The notes under the pieces: model-generated | What the model was told of the DNA's origin: nothing | The model's input: only the letters and a program-made list of their open reading frames with translations | The model's database searches: none | Part shown: in pieces, positions 35,801-47,800 of the stretch | Layout: each line of letters opens with the position of its first letter | How positions within the stretch are numbered: the first letter of the stretch is position 1 | Made by a program: the position numbers and the translations under genes | From: Lytechinus pictus | Taxonomy: Eukaryota | DNA length: 64,000 bases | NCBI RefSeq assembly: GCF_037042905.1 | Contig: NC_087245.1 | Span: 13,704,001-13,768,000, forward strand | Reading direction: 5' to 3'

Positions 35801-38800
35801 AACAAAAAAATATGAAACCTGTGCATATAGCCTAGGCTTTACATGTACATGTAGGCCTATGTGTCAGCCCTACTACTAAAAATACAAAAAACCCTACTTT
35901 ATGTAGTCCTACGTACTGTAAATTTACATGTAGTGTAGGCCTGTATGTGTTTTCTGTACTGAGTTACATGTAGGAAATATTGCGAACCTAAGCTTCTATT
36001 TTGAGGTTTCATAACACATAATAAAACATTGCATGTGCCTGTACATGTACATTACATGTACATGTAGGCCTAAAGTGTAAAATTAAAGTATCAAGGTTGC
36101 CCAGTTGGTACTATTAGGAAGGAGGTACAGAAAGACTACACATGTACATGTAGGTTTAATGCATCATTGGTGCAAGATCCATTATAAATTGAAGCAGGTA
36201 TGGTACATGTATACATGAAGGATACGCTCTAAACAGATTGTACAGTACTACCAAGGTTGTACACTGTAGTCTGTAGGCTCCACATGTCAATGAAGGCCTG
36301 TAAATATTGCTTGCGAGGGACATGCATCAGTAATCTGGTGTTTACAACCCTGGCTTGTATACAAAAGTAGTTCAGCTTATTTGAATATAACTGGCCACTG
36401 ACTCTCCTTTCAGCCCAGATATTATTGTATTACATAATAGTGTTTTTATAGTTTATTGCACACTGTAGGCATTCATACTGACCAGTAGGCCTACAGGCTA
36501 CATACATGTACAGGTACATGTACATAGTACCTGTAGGCTGCATGCAAATTATGCACTTTTTTACTTCCTGACTTTTCATGTTCATCGCAGGGCACAGAGC
36601 TGAATGTTTTGTATACATGTATCTTGGCTCTTAAGTCCAAAATGATACGTGCATGTTGATGTTGAAATGCTGATGATACATGTACCGGCACATTGTAAAG
36701 AAACTAAGAAAGAAATGATGTACATGTGAATGCATCGACATGTACATGCATGTTACAATAGAATGACATATAAATTCAGGTAGGCATACATTTGTATATT
36801 GTTTGTTACAAGCAGCTATTCTCAGTCATATTATTATGAACATTACATGTAGATCTGTACATGTATGCATTACATGTAGTGCCATGCTTCATGGGCATGT
36901 ACATCCTACACATACATGCATATTAAGTGCAGATTCAGGATTTACATGTAGTGCAAGCAGAGGACACATAACTCTTTTGAAATTTCTGGCAAGCAACCAA
37001 GAGAAAAGGGCAGAAAAACTGGAGTTTTAAATCACATTTTAAAGGGAGAGTATATACACGTATTTGCACACACCTTTTCACAAAAAAATATCTGACAAGC
37101 GAAGAAAGATAGGAAATCCTACATGTATCTCTGTACATTTAGGAACGGGGGGGGGGGGGAGTTTTCATATTAAAAGAAAAGAACTACAACAATGTCATTT
37201 TTTTTTCAAGAGAGGATAGGGGAGGGAGCTGGAAATGAATTAGCCACTGGTAGCAAATTTATAGATCATGGGTCTATTTGTAGATGACTGCAAGAATTGT
37301 TTCTATTAGTATGATTGACTAGAAAGTTTCAGTTTTGATACTACTCAAATACATGTAGCCTACATGTACATGTATGTAAACATGCCCATGTTAAACTCTC
37401 AGCACAGACATTTTTTTTTAACTTCGATATTTGTGATTTCAAACAGCACATGTACATGTAACTGCAGGGCCTGTTTATGTACACCTGCATGCCTACTAAC
37501 ATTAAAAATACTATGTGTATACAGTACACATATACATCTTGAATTCCTGACATTATGCAGTCCTAATGGGTTAAGAGGAGATTTGAGATTTGAGGGAGGC
37601 ACTTTGGAGCTCATTGACCCCCCTAGATGAGACTGGCATGCGTGCATCACAAGCAGCATAACATGCATAACCCAAGTGCACTCCTTTACTCAGCGTGCAT
37701 GCATCAGGGAGTGGAGAATTATTGCCCAGTTTATATCCGTGCATAATTCATGACATAAATGATCGGCTCTTGCTCTTGCTCGTTGCCACTTGCCGCCGTT
37801 GACCTTTGTGTCATGTTAAATTGAATCATCTTCTGACATGCCCATGGTGTCTCGTAAATTTAAGAGATTGGATGGTCTAGGGATATATTTAATGCCCCAT
37901 CGATAACAAAAAAATGTAAGGCCTAATACAGATATTTCTGATGGGGTATTTTTGTACTAAAAGTACATAATGTGAAAATTGCAGTGTACATATTGAAAAG
38001 TACTGTATTGTATGCAAAATGGCACAAAGATCTTCATGCTACATAGTACATGTACAAGTATTTCAGAGAACACCTTATTAAAGATGGGACATCTTTTATG
38101 GAATGTGTCCTACATGTACAAATACACCTACTTGCCTTTTAATGACCACCTTGTGATATTGTTTGCCAGGTACTGTACATGTATGAATTTTGTGTAATTA
38201 TGTTTCTTATTAAAAATGCAAAACCATGTTCTGGGATAATTTGCTGGATTATCGCAGAGTACAGACATGAAAAAATATTGCATGAGAAACAGACATTTGC
38301 ATACATGTACATGTAGGTACATTTGATTTCAGGGTTCTTTTATATAGTGTATATTCAGGTAAATTCCCTATTAAATATAGCCTAGTCTCCTCCCTCCCCC
38401 AGTATACATGTCCTCTGCATATGGTACATGTACATGTAGGCCTGCATACAATGTAACATAGAATGTGGGTGTAAAATCATAGGAAAAAGACCCAGTTGCC
38501 ATCTGTTGCCAAAGCTGCGCTTCCTAGTGCTCTCCAATCTCATTTTAGAATGTTTAATTAAATCATCCATCTCTTACTGATTGCAAAACCCAGGGAAGGC
38601 AAGCGGGAGATTGGTTATCATGACCCCCTAGGTTTCCAAATGTGCAAGACTATCTCCTGTAGGCTTTCTGGTTCACGATTGCTTATATTATTCCCTGTGC
38701 ATTCTGTGTTGGGGGGCTGACTGGTCGTTAGCGCAAATTTGCGTCACATCCCCCGTCAATCTTGTGAATCCCTGGTGCTTGTTGATGAGGCTCTATATAA

Positions 38801-41800
38801 ATTGCCCCTCCCCCCTCTTGACATCATCGCTGAACTCCTAACTGGGACGTATGTTACTACGACAGGCATTTGATTGAATGGCCTACATGTACATCATGTA
38901 GATAGATTATGCATGTTTGATTCATATTGTTGATCAATAAAGCAGTTCTCTTTTTAATGGATGGCTCATATATAAGGCATTTAGACAAGAAAGATATGAG
39001 ATAGACAGATGTACATGTTTCAAGTAGGTAAATTTCTTGCTGTACGAAACACACCATGGCTGTTCTAATGTACGGTATGCATATTTACCCTTTGGATTGT
39101 AAAATCTGTAATGTTAATATCATTAATAAATAATTCAATAATTTTGTTTTTATAATTTCATTAATTTCAAACAGGGCCAAGCTCATCAAAGAAGCCAAGA
39201 AGTAGAAGTCTACTCAATACCTTCCTGTGCTGTTTTGGTTCAGGGAGACATGGCACGCATCAAAGCGTACCACAGACGTCAGATCAAACCGATCAAAGGG
39301 TAAGAAAACACTGACAGAACACAGCACCTCTGTACTGCAGATGCAAACAATGAAGGTCCTACAGATTCAAAATATGACACATGTTCACAATACCACACTA
39401 ATCATCCCAAATACCCTTCTGATACAATGTATGTAATACATACATTGTACACTCCTTTGAATGTAAATATGATATTCAAGAAACATGTCTTTAAACCAAG
39501 ACTTTCAGATTGCTGTTTTATGTACTCTACTACTTTATTCAAGATATTTCCAAGTATTAAAATAAAAATGATTGGATGTAAATTTATGAATGTTTTCCAT
39601 CAGACATGAAATCTGCTTGTTTGTGTAAAACTTTCCTGGCAGTATTGACTTGATTGATTACTAAATTTCATAATAGTCTAGAATTGCATTTTTGAAATCT
39701 TTGTGTGCCTTATCAGACCGGTCCTACCCTCATCATTTTCTCTGACATTTACGATGACAAATCAAATTCCTATTATAACAGCTCTTTGGCTTGTATGACC
39801 GAAATTTCATAGTCCGTTGCAGGCCGCGCCCCCCCCCCCCTTTAAAAAAAGGGGGGGGGAATGCAATCAAACATTTTTTGAACCGATACGTAGAGCATAC
39901 TCTGACTGATAAATAAAAGCCTACCAAAACATGAAATAGAAAAGTAATGTAAAATGATATCAAAATTGATTTCTGGAAATTACATAATTTTTTTTCTCAA
40001 TCTTAGAATCCTATCTAATATCAGTCAAGACAACTTACCACAGACATGCATCATACAAATTAGAATTGATTACCTACATAATGTACCTTTCAGAGACATT
40101 ATTGCCAAATAGTGTTATCAATCACTAGTAGTGATAGAATACACATCTGAATGTTCCTTTATCGCAAGTCGTCATTGATTGCCAATAAAGCGAACATTTG
40201 CCACTCATGACGTTTCGCCACTTGCATCCTGTGTGCTACATGTACATACATGTATCGTGATAACTTCTCAATGATGTAATCGGTGGTTATAACTGGGCAG
40301 AGCATATATTGCCACACTGCAAAGTGCGTTATTTGCATTGTGACACGGTGGACCACGTGCAGTGTGGTGCATCATGGAATATCACATACAGTGCTGTCGA
40401 AGAATGTACATGTACGTACACCATACATCGCAAGTGGTGATAATGTCTGCATAGCATGTAAACCGATTGCCTGTTGCAATCTATCACAAACTTGTGGTAG
40501 CATACACGTACACATGTATGAATGACATGTTACTGATAACCACTGGTGATTGATAGCACTATCAGTCACAAAATTGTCAATAACATCTGAAAACAGCCTT
40601 TCATTAGTGTACAGCTCTTGTACATTTCCATCACACATTACACATTTTCATGTACCTGTACAAAGTATGCGCACTAAATGGTTATAGAAGAAATTATATT
40701 AATCCAATGGAAATTCTGCATGTTTGAAGCTTGAGATACATGTACATGTACAATGTAAATATGTTTTGTTCTATTATATTTTTGTCAGATACACTGATGT
40801 TTAATTTTTCACTATAGAACATTTTATTTTGGCAAAGCACTTTCCTCAGAGGTTAAGAAGTCATCTGGTGTAAATGTCAGATTTATGCTTTATATACATT
40901 TGTATTTTAAAAAGCAAAGAAAAATCTTATTTGTGATGTTGTCTCTATTTTCAAATCTTTAGTGTTGCATGCATTTCAAAGGCTCGCAAACAAATTTTTA
41001 GGAAGATTTGATATTTATTTCTTTTGCATGATATGATAGTTTGGGTTCAATTTTGATTATCTGTCTGTATTCTTACAGCAAATGTAGAGAACTCATTCAA
41101 GCCATTGATCATCTGTACAATGTACATGTACATCTTCATGTTTTATTAAAGATAGGATTATAAATCCTCAACAGACATTCAGCAAATTTCTAGAATACTA
41201 TTAAAGAATGATAAAAAGTCATAATATTTACAAATCAGATGTTTGCCTATTATGAGGCATTGGTGCATACAGTAATGTACAGTATGCATTTTATCAGTCA
41301 TGACATGTGTAACATTTCTTTTGAAGAAAACAATGTTGCATTTTAGAACACCTGCAGATGAATAAAATTCATCCCCTTGCCCAGTCCTGGATATCCAACC
41401 AAGAAGGGGGGGGGGGGGCACTCTTTGTCCCTCTCTTTATTTCCCTCCTCCTCTTGATTACCCTTTTTGCCCCTTCCTCATTCCAAATTCTTTTCTTTTT
41501 TCATTTGCAATTCTTACAGTACCGCCACAACAAAGTTTGTTTAAAATGATAATTTAGGATAACAAGGAATGACCTAGGCTGCCTCTTAGTCTTGAGGTAC
41601 ACCTGGGTAATGCATTGTATGCAATGGCCAAATCAGTTTATAACGAGTTAGCATCATGTGCTCTGACATGTGTAATTAACCTTGGTTCTTGTTGAGAGAT
41701 AATGAGCCTGCCAATTCACCTGCCTAATTCAGAAAAATACTTTCATGTACATGTACCTGATTTTATTCTCAAAATTCAATTACAATTGGTTTGAAGATGT

Positions 41801-44800
41801 ACTTGTACAGTGTTCTCTGCGTATGAACGTACAATGTAATGTTACATTTAATTACATTAGGTAATTCCTCATTTTAATATGACGTTATGACATCCTTGCG
41901 CTTTACATGTATTTATGCACATACCGGTAGTTTACTTTTTGTATACATGTACATGTACTTGCATGAGGGCTTTCAAAACATAAATTAATGTAGCTTTAAT
42001 ATTGATGTGCAATATATGTTTTTATAAATAATTATTTGTGTATATGATATTATGAGGTGTTTTTGTGATCATCAGTTGTGTTACCTCAATATTTGAGCAT
42101 TGCATCAGTCAGTGAACAAGTATTATTATATAATTTCTCTAAAGCACAAATAGTAGGCCTATATGATTATATTTTTGTTATTGCTTTGCATAAAGGAAGG
42201 TGCTAGATAATTTCCTCAGCAATCGAATGAGGGAAGGGGGGGGGGGCTATAACAGTTTTTAGATACATGTATGGTATACATTTATGAGTTCTGCATTAAA
42301 CACTGTGGCGACCTCAAACCCCAAATTTAAATGTAAAAAATCAATGCAAAATTCTTTATATATTACAGCATAGATTTGTTGTGAAATTTTAGTTTTCATT
42401 TGTTCTATTCTTATTTAATAAAAGAGGGTACTTATAAATTTGCAGATTAAAGAAGGTCCAACCCACTAGTCATTCGGGGAAACTTAATGCAAAAAATGTG
42501 AAAATTCAGTGCAACAATTATACAAGGAAATTTTGTTTCCGTATCATAGTGTTTTTGGTGTCAAAAGGTGAAGTATAAAGCACCCTCCATTTGCAAGCCT
42601 ATATGCAATAGTTTTTATTTTATCATAAATTTTACTCAGCACAGATATTTTTTTAGCATAAATGTGTTTATTTCTGTTGTTTACTTGTATATGCACCAGT
42701 TTTTACCCCACCATTCATTTCTGTTTTATGTGTGCATCTCCTTTGTTTATAGTCGCTCGACCGCTCAGCTCCTGTTAACGACCCTAGCACGGTATGTCAT
42801 CACTATGCTTGTCAACGTGTTTTATTTATCTAGTTTTTAAATTTTCAATGCTTATAATGATCTACAATTCTACCCAATTGTAGTTATGTTATATTCACCA
42901 CATTTGCAAGTGGTTGTTTACATGTATGCAGTATTCAGTGACATAACACATCTATTAAAGTTTTAACAATTGTAGGTCCTCCATAATTAGTGCAACTTAT
43001 TTTTCGATTTTTGGTATCATTGTTCACCTTTAGTACAAACAACCAATGTTATATCATCAGTGTCAAAATGAAAGTTAAACAGAAGTTTATTTTGTATACC
43101 CATGGCACTGATAAAAAAATATACAGGGGGGGGGGGGCAATTCTCCCTAGGATTCATTGTTTTTGGTACATGAATAAAAAAATTGTGGATTCATTATTGA
43201 AGAAGTTACTTGTAAATGCAGGTAAGCAAAACCAAGAAATGTGAGACTGGTTAATATTGGCCTTTTCTTTCCTGAAATGAACAGCATTTACTTGTTAAAG
43301 AGCTACTGCAAATGTAAAATAGTTTAATAGCACTTTATTCATTCATCAGGGTTATCATCTACAATGCACATTATGCACTATTACAGTACGTTATATATTT
43401 TTTATATATGTGTGCTTGTGTGTGTGTAGCATGCGATATTTGTAATGTAGAAAATGTTTTGATGTGCATCAACACTCCTTGTATAAAAAGTTGTAATGAC
43501 ATTTGTTTGGATCTGACTAGTGTCAAAGAGGGTTGGACAAATCTGCTCTACACACATTCACATTCTTTTCTACACACAGTTTGAAATTGGTACTGAAAAC
43601 TTTGGCCATGTTCACATGTGATACTACAGACTGTACAATAATATTCACTGTCAAATTTAACAGTGCATGCCTCTGAAAGTTTCATTGCACTTCAAATTTT
43701 TATTCAATGCAATTCTCTGCCACATATACACACAGTTTGAAACTGCAGCCATGTTCACATGGGATACTACACACTTTAATAGTACACTGCCACATATTGC
43801 ACTTCAGTTTATTTCAATAAGTTCTTTAGGGCTGCCCATTGCCCGCTGTCAATACCGACCATTTTTGCCATGTTCACATGTGATTGTGATACTGCAACCA
43901 ACTTTACAATGGCCATATAGTATTTTCAAATACCGATTGCTAGTAGTATTTTCCAGTGTATTGCTTATTTACAGAGATCATGATGATTAGCTTTTTTAGT
44001 ACCACATGTGTACACACAGTTGGAATGGTATAATTTTTCAGCACATTACAATTTTTTCCTTTTTCACCAAAATGCCTTTCCATGGAAGTCATTTTCTCAG
44101 AAATTTGAAAAGGATTTTACTTGTCCATTCAATGAAATTGATAGATGGCACTAAACCTATTTTAATGGTCAAATTCATAATGTCAAAATAAGCTCTTTAA
44201 ATTTTCAAAAAATGTTAAAGTTTAGAATAATGCAAATATACTGCTAAATTAAATGCAATTTATATTTTAAAAAAAATGTTATTCTCTGGCTTGTGACTTT
44301 TGTAACACATTTATAGAGAGTAATAGAGCAGAGCGTCTCATTCTTTCTACTGTACATAACCCATAACTGTATATTTGAAATCGGCATATGATATCATATT
44401 GACAACAAGGAGCCCATTGATTTTCCGCAGAAACATGCTCCTAATTGATATTGATTTTCCTCCAATCAATTTGGTTATTGGAGTTAATTGAATAAAAATG
44501 TACACCAGGGGAATCTACCTATATATGTTTCAAAACAAGACAAAATTTTGTATCATTATTTAGTGTCTACTTGTGAATGCCAGCCTTGTTGTTTTCTATT
44601 GAAATGAGGTTTAACTTGGGTTTCGGTTATTATTGGTGAAACAAATAAAGACAAAATTATGGGGGGGGGGGGTATATTTCAAGTATATTGTGTTTATGCT
44701 CCAAATTGATTCTGATATTGAAGATATAAGATGAGTTGTTGATGTCCTCTTTTTCTCTCCTGTACAGCAACCAAATAAATTTCTACTCCCCCAGGTGAGG

Positions 44801-47800
44801 CAGCAGGATGCACATAAATGTTGTATAGTCATCGATTTAGACGAGACATTAGTACATAGTTCATTTAAGGTGAGCATTACATTTGTGAATACCAACTTTA
44901 TAAATATTGATTAGCTGTAATTTATTCCCACAGTTCTTATTCCTGGTGCAGTGGAACCTGCTTTGGTGACCCCCTGTAAGGACCACTTGTCTTTGACACC
45001 ATTCTCAATATATCCTTTATAGAAGAGGACTTGAAATTGTTGGTCCCCTGAATTACTGCATATATTGAATATGCTTTCTTATCAGTATTAATTTACAGTT
45101 AATAGGCTGACAGTAAGAATAAGGTGTTGCTCCGACACCTTTGAAGCCAGGGGTCTGTACCTCAAGACTATCTATTGGAAAACATGTCTCAAATGCTTTG
45201 GAGATATGTTGGTATTAAATACATACATTGCTTTTATGACAAATCATTTTGCAAGCTACATGTATCAGAACTTGTCCTTTCAAGTACATGCACATTTAAG
45301 TCAAAGTAAGTTAATTTATTTTTTTATAACATTATGAAACTATTATTGCAAAAGTCTGTCTATTGTGAATTTTTGGAAAAAAAATGCATTTAAGGAATAT
45401 ATTTTTCAACAATATCAGAGTTTACATCCTTTGTGTAAATTGCCATGACAATTGCATGCCCCTAAAGCCAGGCATAAATTTTCCCTAGTGTTGGTTAAAA
45501 CTTTTAACTACACTCAGGAAAATTTGCGCGCATTTTGAAAGAACCCTGGAAATCTTCAGAAAAACTGATTGGAATATAATATGATCTCTCAATTCATATG
45601 CAAGACACAATTTAACACTATTTTATAGTCAATTTTGGTTCATACTATCCTGGACATGAGTTACATGTAATTAATTGTACAATCGGAAAAACTTATTGAT
45701 TTTGGAATGTGTGGTGAAACATTTCTCCTACTGCATCCTAAAAAGTGTTTTTGTTTTCTCTCAGACCTATTTTGACATGGATTTCCTTCCCTGGGATGTA
45801 GGCTCTGTCTCCATGGCAACTGGAAAGTGTTTTTTGATCATGTGACTTGAGAGGTTTAGATGTGCTTTGATTGTTCTTGAAGTTGACTCTGAAGCATACT
45901 TCAGTTGAAAGAGCACTTTTGATGTTGAGAATGGGAGAAGTTTTAGCAATTTAGTGGTCAAACTTGAGAAGTCAAGATGATTGCATGTAAATATTAAAAG
46001 TATGCATCATCAAATACATGTTTTTTCTTGAAAAAGTAATTTCTACAGGGTGTATAAATAATCAATAGCCATTTACATGTATGAATATAATGTACATTTA
46101 ATGTATACAATAGGGTGCTACATAAGCACTTGCCCGATTGCACGGGGCAAGTAAAAGTTAGAGTCGGGCAAGTGTTTTGAAGTAAAGACCAAAACTACTT
46201 GCCCAAAATGGGCAAGCAAAATTCTCACAGTAGAATGACCAAAATAAGGGTCGAAATGATATATTGACCCTAATTTTGGTCAAGGCAGGCAAGATAAAAT
46301 CACTTTGGAAAAAGAAATGCAATAACAAAGTAGATCAGTTCATGTCAAAAGAGAGAAAAAGGTCAATGGTTTATAAAACCGCAAAACTTTCTTTTTTTTT
46401 TCAATTATTTTTTCGGGCAAGTGAAATAGATTTTTGGGCAAGTATATTCCAACTATTTAAAAATTTACTTGCCCGATTGGGCAAGTGCTTCTAAAAAGTT
46501 ATGTCGCACCCTGTATACATGTCCGTAAAGAAAGGATAAATTGGTTAACTCTTGGAGACCCAGATGTAAATTTTGTAATGTAATGACAAATTAATTTTTT
46601 ATCACGAACATACTTTTACCAGTGGAATAAAATTAAAAATCTATTATGATTTTATCATGTGAAAATCATAGATCAAATTAGATGCCAGTTTTGTTTGAAA
46701 ATTGTTTCTATTCTATCAAGCACATGTCATTCCCAGCCATCTTTATTAAAATATTATCGGATTTCAGTTTGGCAACAGTTTTCATATTGGAATAAATGTC
46801 ATTCTAGATGTTTGACATTTTATGGACCTCACTATCGGTATCTAGAATTGTCCAAGAAGAATGTTAAGAGCGTGATGGAAATGATACATTCCATGGCGGA
46901 ATGCTATGGTAACGCAATACACTGCCACGTGAGAGGATGGCAGTAACATGAGAGAAACGGCTGGCTTTTGATGCCCCAGCATTTACAAAACACTTGAGAG
47001 AGTGCATGCATGTTAGGGATATAACTTGGTTGGTATGTTGATGGGATGGGAGGGTGTTTACTATACTACATGTACCATCTTTCAGTCTATCTGTCCATCC
47101 ATCAAGCTATCCTTCTACTTGATTTTTATTTTTCCAATATCTGAGAATCTCTCTCTGAGGTAGCCCATATCTCACTATCACTTAAAGTGATAGTGAGGCA
47201 TTTACTTTGCTTTTGAGAGATAAACCAATCACTAATTACAGAGGAACAACTTTTCCATTTAATATGCTGGCAAATATGTGATTTAGATACAAAATCTTAA
47301 TGTCACGGTTGATTTGATTATGAATCCAGAATTAAATCTGAATTTTGAAAATCCTTTTCCATCATAGAATTCTAATCTATTTGATATTATAATGATCAAG
47401 AAAATAAAGTTATGAACAAAGAATTTTTAAGGTTGTGAGTGACACGAGAAGAATGATTATTGACGTTTGCATGTAGTAATAGGGAAAGCTGGGCTTTGTA
47501 TGAAACGAGAATCCTTCCTGACTGCTAAAATTTCAGTCACAGCGTGCTATATCTCTGCTGCACACATTCTACATGTATGTAGCAAAGAAGAAGTTTGGAA
47601 TCAAGAAGACTGCCTCAGCGGTGCATTGGTAGGTTAGTGTTGAATTTCAGGATGCTGTTTGATTTAGGCTAAGGAGGGCCTAGTGACAGGAAAATAGTGT
47701 GTTTGGATGAGCAATTAATCGCAAAACATGATCATACTATACTCCACATGAAGACTGGTGGAAAAGGAGACTGATCAATATTAAAGTGTTGCTGATTTGA

